A stretch of 64,000 bases of DNA from the human T2T-CHM13v2.0 reference genome, Homo sapiens: assembly GCF_009914755.1 (NCBI RefSeq), contig NC_060928.1; one strand, given 5' to 3'. The translations under genes and the position numbers were made by a program. The notes below the pieces were generated by a model. The model worked only from the letters and a program-made list of their open reading frames with translations. It had not been told where the DNA came from and searched no databases. Positions 32,609-44,999 of this stretch are shown piece after piece. Numbering within the stretch: the first letter of the stretch is position 1; the number at the start of each line of letters is the position of its first letter.

Positions 32609-34889
32609 ATTTTTTTTTTTAATCACTAGAAGTTGTGAGGAGTTACTGAATTTTTTTCATTTCACTTTATTCTTTTTCAAAACTCAAATTAACACAAGCG
32701 ATGGCTAATCTTGTTTTCACATGAAAATTAAGGACAAGTCAGGGCTCACTTTCCATTCCACTTTATTTAGACATATCTTAATAAACTAAAAATTATTATA
32801 AGATTTTTCCCATTGATATTTGCATTGTTTTTCATTTTTGGAAAAATTTCATACTTCCGTTATCCATTTTTAGTCAAGTTACAATGTAATTAAACTTACC
32901 AAGTGAAAAACAATGTATACTTTAAGCTAAAAATTTAGAATTTCTACAAAGTCTTATAGTTGCGGGGAATCAGGAGAGGCAGGTTTCATTCAATGCCTTT
33001 TAGAACCAAGGTGACAGAGCTATACGTACATTTATTTGTAATGTAATATTTAGAGAAAAACATATTAATGCATTTTAGTGCTAAATGACATGGAGGGTTA
33101 TTGATCAACTCTGTACAGCATATTTAATTTCTTAATACAACATGACCCATGGTGATGGTGTTTTAGATAAAAATCTCATGGATTTGATTATTATAATTTA
33201 AAAATACTTGATCTAATGAAAATTATTTTAATACATTTCTGGTTGAAATAGAGTGTATTTGCAATAGAAATCTTTCAAATATATTTTGTAGGATTTATGA
33301 AGGTAGAATGTTCAGTGCTCCCTCTCCAGGTTTTATCATATTGGTGAACTGACCTCTCAGCTCACAACTGTGGTAATAGTTTTGAAGAACCAAATAAGAT
33401 ACTCTGATAGGATAGTCTATTTTTGATTTGTCTATTCCAAATACATTCACAAGAAACCTATCCATCACTAGTAAAATTTCATTACATCCCCAAATCTAAT
33501 GAGATCTATGAAAAAAATACAATGAAATCAATTTTATTCTTTTAAATAGCCTATTTTAATACAATTCATAATATTAAGAGTGAATATGTAGCTTTTTGGC
33601 TTGATTCTTATTCTATGCTATTTTCTAGTGATGCTTTTTTATTGTTATTCATGTTCTTAACAATGCTCTGTGTTCTTCAGAGGCAATTCCAAACACAACT
33701 TTAATTTTTGAAAGTGCTCAGACATTTGAAAGTCCTGTGTGTGTGCGTGTGTGTTATGTATGTATATATTTATAGTTTCAACAGAACCACTTGCTATTGT
33801 AAATGAGACTAAAAATGTACTTTGAACTAAAAATTTCCATACTTATATGTTTATATGATTTAGATTCTAGAGTTTTGTTATTGTTTGCTTTGTTTTGCCA
33901 GACTTTAAGCTACTCCTGATATATAGTACCTGGAAAAATATTTCCTTTCCACTAAGTTTTTGGTCTTTAGGTGGCTTTTAAAAGTTTCTACGGAACCTTC
34001 AATTCCACAAAAAGTTATCCTCACTGCAGCATGAAAAGGCACAACTTTGATAATAAATGCCTAAAATCCCATAGTTTGTAAGAAAGTAGAAATCAAGTTT
34101 CCTACTTAAAGTGTTTTTTTTCCAGTCATATCAGCTATTACTAAGAATTATAAAACTTCTTGATAAATTTTTTCTATTCTAATTAATTGACTTTTAGCTA
34201 ATTAAAAAATATACGGGTTTGTATTTTTTGCAAAATTATACAACTATATTACAAAATTGAAAGAATTTGGTTTTTTCTCCATGTGCTTGATTTTTGGGAA
34301 ATCATATAACAAGCCAAGGTAAAGCAATTATTTAAAAAACCCACAGCAGAAAATTTCACCTTTATTACATATGCTTATATTACATTTGCAGTAAGGAGTG
34401 CCACCTTTTGAACTTTAGGTTTCACATATTCTGAACTTTGTTGTAAATAGGAACTGTAATGTTATATAATCATCTTTTTGTGTCAATATACGTTTTCCCT
34501 CTAGTTGGTCAGAAGTGATGGCTTGGCATACAACTTTTTTCATTTTCTTTTATTCTTCACAATTCTTTTCTAATTCAACTTAAGAGTAGAGTCCACCAAT
34601 CCTTTTAATTGAGATCGACAACTGAAGATTGCTAACTAAATCCGAATGTATTCCTCTATGACAAACTGCATTTGCAGAATTTTTAGAGGCACTCCCGAAG
34701 TTTTAAGAGGATGTTTATTACACGAGTCTGTAGGGCAACATTTCCAAGTTGGTACACATAAACGAAAGAGGAAACGATAGTTAAGGAAATCCTGTTCCAG
34801 GTTTTCGGGCAGCCCGAGTGATTGACACATGATATCACCGGAGGCGTGTCCTGGAGTGGAGGTGGAGGTGGAGGCAAGGAGCTGAAATT

Positions 34890-35031
34890 CTGCGTAGCCG
34901 GAGTGAGACCGCTCTGCAAACCACTGCGTGCTTTGCAGAGTGATTATCAGCACAGTTCCCTGCCCTGGATAAGGAACAGCTACAGTCGCTGTTAAATGTG
35001 CCTGAAAAGCAATTTGCAATCTTTGCATTAG
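34890..35031 (+). other. SPRY1: Non-coding 5' exon 1 of SPRY1 (start approximate)
   Basis: Consensus donor TAG|GTAAGT at 35031/35032 at the 5' edge of the CpG-rich region. The exact TSS cannot be read from sequence. Confidence 0.75.
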
Positions 35032-35709
35032 GTAAGTACCGTTTCCTTCCGTAGACATTTTAGGAAAGATAAGGTGAGAAATGTTGACTTTTGCAAGGAA
35101 CTGAACATTTATTTATTTGAACTTGCTTTCCAGCTAAGGTTACTGGTTGCATTTCAAAACACCGGTAGCATTCCCACTGCTAAAACTAATGCTCTTAAAG
35201 TAAATGCTACCGCTAAAAGAAAAAGCAGGGTCCCTTTCACCTTTCCTTAACCGAACAGTAGACGTTTAAAGTCTGAAACGATCGAATTTGTGAAACACAG
35301 AGCCGTTAATGCCTTTATGCGAAGAGGGGCTAGCACTCGGTGTGTGGACCAAATGCGTGTTTGTTTAGGCATTGTTGGCGACCGAATCCCGAGTGAAGCA
35401 TTGGTTTAAAACCTGAATTTCCCGTCTCTGTGTATTGATTCCTAACGCGCAGAGGCGTTGCTTGAACGTTGTTTGAACTCCTAGGCATTCCAGGGGGCAA
35501 AAGCACCTCGGCAAAAACGTGCAGGACTGCATGTTACTTTGGTTCGCGGCTGACACGCCGACTGTGCGCCGGCCTGTCAATCACCGGGAGCAGCAACAGG
35601 GAGCACATGGCAACGGGCTGCGGGCGAGCTGGCCAGCGGCCCGCCCGGGGTCCCAGCCCTTCGAAGAAAGGGACATTCACGAGCTTCTATCTCTAATTCT
35701 CTGTCGCAG

Positions 35710-35954
35710 GCATTTCGGCCGTGGAACCCCAGGCTCGGAGGACTGGGTGTGAGCGCTGCCCGGGAGAGGCTGACCTGCCGGGACCGGAGTGCCCGGGGAC
35801 GCTGTGCCCCCACTTGCCCAACGTGCGGAATCGGCTAAGCGCGTCGGCCTGCGCGGGGCACAAGGGACGACGCCCGCCTTTCTCTCTCCGAGAAGGATCC
35901 CCAAACCTCACTCTCTTCACTCCTCCCCGCTAAAAAAAAAAAAAAAAGAAAAGG
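35710..35954 (+). other. SPRY1: Non-coding 5' exon 2 of SPRY1
   Basis: Acceptor with branch-like CTAAT and pyrimidine tract (ctctaattctctgtcgcAG|g at 35709/35710). Weaker donor AGG|GTAAAA at 35954/35955. No ATG in the exon. Confidence 0.7.
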
Positions 35955-36499
35955 GTAAAAAAATCCCCCTCCCCCTCCCGGCCGCGGCAGCCTCTGCTTG
36001 GCAGGCGCGTGCTCCGAGGTTTCGCCGGGGTACTGCGCGGCTCCGTGACCCACCCGCCGACGGCGGTTCGGGCCCCGACCCGGGCGCTGCGGAGTCTCGA
36101 ACGCCCGTGACGTGGATTTTTCGCTCGTCAGGAGGCCGCCATCCCTTCCTTCGTTCCTTGCGAGGAGCGACTAGAACCCGAGTTCTCTGAGCACACCGTG
36201 CCGTCAGCTGGCCCGTCACGCACTCGACTCCGCCACTCCCCTACTTGTTTTTCTGAGACTTGGGAAGCCTTCCTGAAAGGATTTGTAAAAACTGGTTCTT
36301 GGAAAGGGGCTGCAGAAGACCTCCCGAGGTGGATGTTACTGAGCCGCCCGGCGAGCACCAGCCGTGACAGGTCCGGGCCCGGCCGCGCGGAGCCGCGGGA
36401 GAACTGCCCTCCGCAGCCGGAAGGGGGCCGCGGGGAGCGCTCCTGGCCGGTGGCGGCGGGGGCGGGGGAGGCCGCGAGCCGAGGCGCTCCAGCTCCGGC

Positions 36500-36611
36500 G
36501 ATGCCGCCTCGCCCTCCCCGCCGCGGTTGATGCGGCACGTGCACGCCGCCGCCCGCACCAGGACCTGGGCCGGGTCGCACGGCTTGGCCCCCGGCCACCG
36601 CTTCGGCCTAG
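36500..36611 (+). other. SPRY1: Candidate alternative non-coding first exon inside the CpG island (start unknown)
   Basis: Strong donor TAG|GTGAGT at 36611/36612 downstream of GC-box-rich sequence (GGCGGGGGCGGGG near 36455-36468). Confidence 0.45.
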
Positions 36612-36889
36612 GTGAGTGTGTGCGGCGGCCGCCCTCGGCCCGCTGGGCTGTAGGCGCGCGGGCGGGGCTCGCTCGGCGCGGCAGGTGCGGACTCGGCGGC
36701 GCTGCTGCCCGAGCCAGGACTCCGGGAGAGGAGGGGAGGGGAGGGACGACCTCGCTCGGCGCGGCCCCTCCCGCCGCTCCCTGCCCCCTGGGGGCCGCGG
36801 CTTCTGGGGGCTCAAGGTTGGGTGGCGGGGTGGGCGACGGTCTGCGGCTGCGGAACGTAACAGGACAGGGTCTCCTCCATCCCCGATTA

Positions 36890-37507
<618 letters not shown>

Positions 37508-37614
37508 TCATGGTAACCTCAGCCTCCTCCCCTCCTCCTACCACAGAGAGAGGGAGAAAGAACTTGTTTTCATTCATAACTTTTTCCTTTTCCTTCTTCC
37601 GTCAACTATTTATT

Positions 37615-37891
37615 CAGTGCGGATTGCAGAGGGCGCAGCTCCACCGTGGTAACTTGCAATGTGGCCGCCCCTGCGCTGGCTTCTTTCTCCTCGGCCCTCG
37701 GTGAACCCAGCTTTTCCTTTAAAGCATAGACAAATCCTTGCTTAGGGTCAGCCAGACCGTGGGCTTGCTTTGGGCTCCCGCGTGGACGCTGAAGGCTCTT
37801 CATGATTTCTCAGAAACCTTGGTGGGCCACCCAAAAAGTGTGTTGGAAATCCACGGTGATCCTTAGTATGGTGATGGGATTGTCCGAAAAG
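37615..37891 (+). other. SPRY1: Candidate alternative non-coding first exon at the 3' edge of the CpG island (start approximate)
   Basis: Donor AAG|GTATTC at 37891/37892 in a moderately CpG-rich block. Consistent with my recollection that SPRY1 has alternative 5' UTRs, not verified. Confidence 0.45.
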
Positions 37892-39688
37892 GTATTCTAC
37901 TTCCATTCGCGTTTTCTTGGGGAAGGCAGTGTGCCGAGCGCGTGTGAGCGTGTTTGGGGCTTGTCCAAGACTGTCACTGCTTGAAAATGGGCTTTTCTTC
38001 GGATCGGAGGTGGCGAATTTTCTTTGCTTTTAATTTTTTTGTCTGGCAACTTTATTTCCCAGCCAGTATGAAGTTTGTTACAACTATCATTGGAAATGCA
38101 AATTGAAGTTGTGCCTGGTGTTATGGGTTACACTATTCAAATCCTCTGCGGTTTTGTGAATCTGGCTTAGTACTTTTAGCTACCTTTTGCTTTGAAAGCA
38201 CTGAGTTAAGAAGTTCTTGAAGAAGAGGAATAATTGTGCAGGAGTCAGGATTAGATGTTGAGGACTCCGAGACTAAATCCCCGCAGGTTATGAATGTGTT
38301 ACTCCTCATGCGCAAAGAAGGTAGAATAAAGTAGAAACTCGAGAGAGCTGAGTTGTGAAAACGAGGGGGAGCTCCAAGAAGTTAACATGTAAGACATAGT
38401 TTAGAGACATTAGTTTAGGAAATATAGGAAATGGACTTCTTTCTGCGTTGTTCCTTAAACCATGTTTTTTGCCTCAGGTTGGTAGTGGAGAATGGACATT
38501 TCTTTTTCTTTTCATTCTTGAATTGGGTCGACTCTGTAGACTTTAGAAGGAATTTGTGTGAAAAATACTCTAGTTCACCACTGAAAGCAGAAACTTTCAT
38601 CTTTGGCAGTTTGTGAAGAACACATAAATTAGAAATAACTTACTATTAGTATGGAAACACAACTGCTTATTTTTATCTGGATATTAGTGTGCTGATTTTG
38701 TTACAAGAAGAACGTTGAATCAGAATTGGCAGTGCGTTTGAAAATCAAGGTCTGTCATGTAAATACAGATTTTTAAATCAGAGGAAATACAGATAATTAA
38801 AACTGCCAGGATTTCCCTACACTGCGTTAAAGGCCTCACACTTATTTGTGCATAAAACTTACTTTGTTTTGTGAGTGAGCCCTTCAGCTTAAAAAAAATC
38901 CTCTCAGGATTTCAAATATGAGTACTGTTATATATCATTCACTGGACTATACATTGAGTCTTGTGTGTGTGTGTGTTTGTAGCTCCAAAACACCAAGAAT
39001 CGTTGTGTACCTGATACATTTATTTTTGCATCTCATAGATGAATAATAAGGTAGTTTTAAAATTCTGATTTATATAGAAAATTACCTATTATTTTGCGAT
39101 TTCATTTTAAGAGTCTCAATTTTTTAATGCCTTAATTTTTTTCATCATTAATCTAATGCATATAACAGCACACAACAAAAAGGCTGTAGCACCAAAGCCA
39201 TTCTCAATTTCTTAAAAGGTAGACATTTTCCTTTATGGAAGCCACCTATGAACTGATAACTGAGCTTTCTTTAGATGAGAGTTATTCTCCTGCTTATACT
39301 CAGTATTCCCTGCGAAGGCATGCTCCATTTTAATTATTAGATTCACAAACAGGAAGGCATTACTTTCTCCTGATTCTGCTTCTTAAAAGTTGGAAAAACT
39401 TATAATGTTCATGGCATGGGGTCTCTTGTTTATAGTCTTCCTCTATGATGTGGTCCCCAGCCTCTCCTAGAATTGGACTCTGGCCAGGACCCCAGCATCA
39501 TTGTAATCCACTGATGAAGGAGGTCATTACTAGGCGGTTTAGGCAATTTGTGATTTGACAGGATTCCCCCCCCCAAAAAAAAATGCTTCCTGTCATTTAT
39601 TTTCTGTTTTTTTCATCTTTGATTTCGTTTTAGGATTTCAGATGCATGCCAGGTTTCCACTGATTGCCAGAACTCGAGATCACTACAC

Positions 39689-40648
39689 ATGGATCCCCAA
39701 AATCAACATGGCAGTGGCAGTTCGTTAGTTGTGATCCAGCAGCCTTCTTTGGATAGCCGTCAGAGATTAGACTATGAGAGAGAGATTCAGCCTACTGCTA
39801 TTTTGTCCTTAGACCAGATCAAGGCCATAAGAGGCAGCAATGAATACACAGAAGGGCCTTCGGTGGTGAAAAGACCTGCTCCTCGGACAGCACCAAGACA
39901 AGAAAAGCATGAAAGGACTCATGAAATCATACCAATTAATGTGAATAATAACTACGAGCACAGACACACAAGCCACCTGGGACATGCAGTACTCCCAAGT
40001 AATGCCAGGGGCCCCATTTTGAGCAGATCAACCAGCACTGGAAGTGCAGCCAGCTCTGGGAGCAACAGCAGTGCCTCTTCTGAACAGGGACTGTTAGGAA
40101 GGTCACCACCAACCAGACCAGTCCCTGGTCATAGGTCTGAAAGGGCAATCCGGACCCAGCCCAAGCAACTGATTGTGGATGACTTGAAGGGTTCCTTGAA
40201 AGAGGACCTGACACAGCACAAGTTCATTTGTGAACAGTGTGGGAAGTGCAAGTGTGGAGAATGCACTGCTCCCAGGACCCTACCATCCTGTTTGGCCTGT
40301 AACCGGCAGTGCCTTTGCTCTGCTGAGAGCATGGTGGAATATGGAACCTGCATGTGCTTAGTCAAGGGCATCTTCTACCACTGCTCCAATGACGACGAAG
40401 GGGATTCCTATTCAGATAATCCTTGCTCCTGTTCACAATCACACTGCTGCTCTAGATACCTGTGTATGGGAGCCATGTCTTTATTTTTACCTTGCTTACT
40501 CTGTTATCCTCCTGCTAAAGGATGCCTGAAGCTGTGCAGGAGGTGTTATGACTGGATCCATCGCCCAGGGTGCAGATGTAAGAACTCCAACACTGTCTAT
40601 TGTAAGCTGGAGAGCTGCCCCTCCCGGGGTCAGGGTAAACCATCATGA
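39689..40648 (+). CDS. SPRY1: Protein sprouty homolog 1 (RTK/FGF-ERK signalling antagonist), 319 aa, single coding exon
   Basis: [15 protein letters not shown]...RGQGKPS. Has the Sprouty N-terminal NEYTEGP tyrosine motif (Tyr53, codon 39845-39847), a Ser-rich stretch ([20 protein letters not shown]) and the C-terminal Cys-rich Sprouty domain (CEQCGKCKC...[12 protein letters not shown]...[14 protein letters not shown]). Recognised as human SPRY1. Confidence 0.99.
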
Positions 40649-41062
40649 TTTTTGGAGGTGGGTTGTACCTCCTGAACTTCTAGCTTTCAAGTTGTGGCTG
40701 TTTTTTGTTTTTGTTTTTGTTTTTGTTTTCTTTAGAATTTTTCCCTGTTTCCCACCTTCTCTTCCCCTGTTGCCAAGGTCTAACTCATGGATTTTTCTCT
40801 TTCCTCATGGATGATCTTCAGCAAGAGTGGACTGGGAAGCTGCACCTGGCTCCCACTTTCAACAAGAGCCTCTGCCATCCACTTGAGGGTATTGAGAGCC
40901 AGTGGGCTTTTGTGTAGCCTTTTTGTTCTGCAAGCAACTTTCTAAAGTTGTGTACATGAACATACACCCACATCCAGACTACAGTGATTTAGAGTTGTTT
41001 TGATTGGGTACCGTGGGAGCAGGGAAATTGGTTTTTTAAAAAGCAACTGTTTAATTGCTTAA

Positions 41063-41070
41063 ATAAGCTA
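41063..41070 (+). promoter_or_regulatory. miR-21-5p 8mer seed match in the SPRY1 3' UTR
   Basis: ATAAGCTA seen directly. SPRY1 is an established miR-21 target. Confidence 0.85.
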
Positions 41071-41442
41071 TGTATTAAATCTGTCTCCAGTTAGGGCTAT
41101 CTTCCTAGCATAGGCCCCTTAAGTAGCATGGGGGATATATTTTTTGCTATAACGTAAAAATTTTCCTTTAACCACTGCCCTCTCCTTTCTCCTTCAAGGT
41201 TCTTTCCCCCTCAGTTTTGTTGTTGTCTTACTCTGGAGATGCCAAGTGTATTTTTTCTTTCTATGTAATTTTAGATTCGCCTTACAATGTAAATCTTCAC
41301 ATTGGAGATAATATTGGTTGGACCTTGCCCATCTTCACTCTAGCCTTCGTATTTGTGAAGGACTCAGCCACCTTCCTTCTTCACCCCATGCTTCTCACCA
41401 AATTTTTGTTGTCATTGAGGGCACTTGGATAACTCAAGTTGA

Positions 41443-41723
41443 TATTTATAGCTGATCAATCTATATGTGTCACAGAACTATGCTGCCTAAAGTGATCTTG
41501 GCTCCTTAATGGTCCTTTTGGCCCCTTGGATAGTTAACAGCTGAGTAATTCTAATCTCTTCTGTGTTTTCCTTGCCTTAACCACAAATTGTGGTGCTTTT
41601 TGTATATTTTATGTATAAATCACAAAGTTGAATTCTGACTATTTTTAAGACAAAAGTCTGTTAAACTTTTTTATTGTAAAGAATATTTATTATGCGAATC
41701 TCTATTATTTTATGGTATTTATT
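41443..41723 (+). promoter_or_regulatory. AU-rich elements in the 3' UTR
   Basis: TATTTAT at 41443-41449 and TATTTATT at 41684-41691 and 41716-41723. Fits an unstable feedback-inhibitor mRNA. Confidence 0.55.
41591..41597 (+). promoter_or_regulatory. miR-29 family 7mer-m8 seed match in the SPRY1 3' UTR
   Basis: TGGTGCT seen directly. SPRY1 has been reported as a miR-29 target. Confidence 0.7.
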
Positions 41724-42000
41724 GCAAAAGACTGTTGAAATGTACTCATGTTTGAATATAACAAAATATCAATACTTAACGGAAAATAAGGTGACACGAA
41801 GAAAGTACATATGTTAACTATAATGCAGAAAATATATTAATTAATGAAACTGTCTCTCGATTTCTTCATTTATTAGCCTGTACTATTATGATGATTTTTG
41901 CTTATTTGCTTTGACTTTTTCTTCTTACACACCCATTTTACTTCTTTCCCTATAGATGTTGAATCTAGACATAGGTGAGCCCAAATTATGAACTGGATAA

Positions 42001-42077
42001 TTAGGTTGGTGCAAAAGTAATTGCAGTTTTGGGTCATTTTTAATGGCAAAAACACAGTTACTTTTGCACCAACCTAG
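42001..42077. mobile_element. MADE1 MITE (Hsmar1/mariner-derived)
   Basis: TTAGGTTGGTGCAAAAGTAATTGCAGTTTT...AAAACACAGTTACTTTTGCACCAACCTAG: two long inverted termini, about 77 bp in total, matching the MADE1 consensus. Confidence 0.93.
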
Positions 42078-44999
42078 TATTTCCTGGAAAGTGCATTAAT
42101 CAAAATTTTGTAATCCAAATTATCTTTTAACAAATGCTCAAGTGAGTTATTTTGTACAGTAAAAATTTTTTGTAATACTCTCTCCCTACTTTGACTATTT
42201 TGTAAGCATGAGGTTTTGTGTATATTATAGTTTCTTGAAATGGGGCATATCTACAGTAGAAGCTTTTTTAAATGTTTATCCTAACTTTTAAGTTAATAAA
42301 AAGTTAGATTTATCAGCTAGACTTAATGAACTTAGTTCTGTAGATATGCTAGGAGTCGCTGGTACTGTCACTTTAATAAAGCATTCTAGAAGTTACCAAG
42401 GGAATAATTCACAGTATCAGAGACATTTCAAAAACATTCCTGTCCCTGTCTTTTCACTTGTTTCGTAAGTCTAATGTGGCCTGACCAAATTACACCTCAT
42501 CAAGTCCTGTGCAATAAGAAACCTGAAGGCCTAAAATTTTACATAGAAAAAGTGTTTTAAATCTTATTTTTTAGGCTGGTGAAACCACTACATAGCTGGA
42601 ATCTTTGGGTCTGATAAAATATTTGGTCATTTGAGTCCTCAGAATACACCGTTTTTAAGTTTGATAAAATTTTATTCATGTGAGTCCTCAGTCTAACTCC
42701 CTAAGACTAAGTGATACATCAGTCATTATCTGCATTTGAAAATAATTCTTTGCATTTGAGAATAAGATACTGACATAATTTGAACCCAGGTTATCAAAGC
42801 TCTTATCCAGCTTTTTGTTTTGGTCATTATTCATGGATGGCTCGGCTGTTAGTTTAAGACTACGTATTTGTTCTTTGTAAATAGGCTTTGACTTTGTTTT
42901 ATATAGACAAGGTATAATTGGTAGAAACTTGTTTTAGTCCTTTTCCATCAAGCCGCTAAACCTATTAGTTGGCAATGTGATATTTAATCCATCAAATATT
43001 TCCTTTATGCTTTGAAAGCAGGAGGATTTTTAAAAGTAAATAGTTGTTTTGGAGGCTACTTCATGATCTGTAGCACTTAAAAATGTGAACTTGAGTGTTT
43101 TCCTCTGATATTCAAGTTATGTGATGTTATCACTGGTCCTTTCATATTTATAGAGTATTTTCATTGAGATGTGGCTTCTTAATGAAGTATATGAACACAG
43201 ACTTCTTCAAAATACTCTTTGGGGCTTTTTTCCGGTATTATTCAGACCCTTAGTATAATTAGTTGGAGTCAGAGCTGTCTTTAGCTGTAATAACCAGACT
43301 AAGAAGCAGTAGCTTTTACTGAAAGAAATTTATAACTTTTATGAGAATGAAGTATGCTGTGGAGTTTTAACTTCTGGCTATATATATGCAGAATACATGA
43401 AAAATATTAAGATGCTGGTCTGCTGCTTCGAGGACTGTATATGAACTCTGGCATAATGGCAAGTCTGTACTTGGACGGAACGATCGGTTAGAGGTTCAGA
43501 TTTCTAAGAGGCTTGTCAGGTGGCAAAGCATAAACACTGATTCGAAATGTCCTCCTTTGTGATGGTTTAAACCTAGGAAGAAGAAATATAAGAGTGTGTC
43601 CTCATAAGAGCTTATGGGCCCTAGGCTCTTGAACCTAATGCTGATCATCATTTTAAAGTGCTTAGACTTTGAAAGCATCAGCTGAAATTTTTTACAATGC
43701 CGCTGCCACTTATTTAATACTGTTGAATGAAAAACAACATGCCAAACAGATGGGATAACCTTTTTATTCCACACATTTGTCCCTCTTCCCCTACTAGTAC
43801 AGCTTGACAGAATGGATGTTTTTGTTACCTGGTTCCTTTCCAGTATATTTTCTGACTGCCAATTTTTTCATTTCAAACAAGCCTTATTTAGATAGTTTAA
43901 TAGTGAATAAACCAACATAGGACTTTTGTAATTGAGTAGTTTCCTGTTTACAGAGTTTATAAAATGTAACCTAGCAGAAAAAATGGAATGTGAAAAAGTA
44001 GACTTTTTTGTGTGTGAAGACCTAAAGTGAATCTGCAAATATAGGATTATAATTACATGGTTTCCAAAATTCAAACCACAAAATATTTCCATTATTACTA
44101 AAAAATAAAAATTAAAGCTTTAAAAATAATGGTCTTTAAAGTGAAAAATAAGTTTAAAACTATGTTTTTATCCTAAAATCGATAATGAAACCAGACTCAG
44201 GTGATTAATTTCCAGAGGATTTAATTTTTGAAATTATCCATTTTTCCTAAATCTTTTTTTAATGGAGTGGTGTATTTCGTAGCAGACTATCTATCGATAT
44301 CTATAGATAGATATCTCATTAAAAAACAATCCCTTTTGAAATATATTGAAATATTGAAACAAACTGGAAAAGTGTCTAAAAGCAGTTCTCATCCTAAACT
44401 CTCACTATACATTTTCTTTTTAATTGGCAAGAGTGTTGGTGTTTTTAAATATGTTGAAAACAAAATTTTTAAGTCCTTTTGGCTAATTGATGGTTGGATG
44501 GTTGTTTTTTCCATTACTTCACTGATTAGCTATAATCAAAATAGCCATGTATATACTTACCTGATAGCTATTGATTCTTATAGTAGTCTCTCAGATTATT
44601 ACTAAGCCATTTTGCTATTATTGAACACCTCATAGGGGCATTATTCTGTATACAGTAGAATTCTAGAACTAGAAATATATCTTAGAGTTTATCTTAATGT
44701 TTCTCAATCATGTATGAAAAGAAATAGATATCTAGTTTAAAAATTAAAAATTCAGAAGTGTGTGTCATAGCTCAGACCTGTATTAGAATAATCTCCGGGG
44801 GTGGGGGCCTGGTATTCGTTATTTTCAAAAAGCTTTTTGGGTGATTGTATCAGGCAACTTTGGAACTGATTTATGTAGCTCACTGTCTTCATTTTGAAGA
44901 TGTACAAACAAAGTCATGGCTTGAGAAGAAAAACTGTCCATGTTTTAGCAAGGGTAAAGCCTGAACTCTTTCATCTGACACAGGATTTTCTTCATTTCT

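Larger units (their letters stand above)
39634..41857 (+). other. SPRY1: Terminal exon of SPRY1 (55 nt 5' UTR, CDS, ~1.2 kb 3' UTR; 3' end approximate)
   Basis: Long pyrimidine tract and acceptor gatttcgttttAG|GATTTC at 39633/39634. AT-rich 3' UTR. Only variant poly(A) signals (AATATA 41831, AATGAA 41843) followed by U-rich sequence near the presumed end. Confidence 0.8.

Noticed and set aside
34636-35058. 140-aa antisense ORF across the promoter and exon 1
   Set aside because: No recognisable motif or supporting gene structure. Divergent non-coding transcription is possible but not visible from sequence.
40548-40814. 88-aa alternative-frame ORF overlapping the SPRY1 stop, with a hydrophobic FVFVFV stretch
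   Set aside because: The hydrophobic run is the translation of a (TTTTTG)n microsatellite at about 40701-40729, and there is no obvious route to initiation.
44287-44316. Near-palindromic CTATCTATCGATATCTATAGATAG
   Set aside because: Decayed (GATA/TATC)n low-complexity sequence, so self-complementarity is expected.
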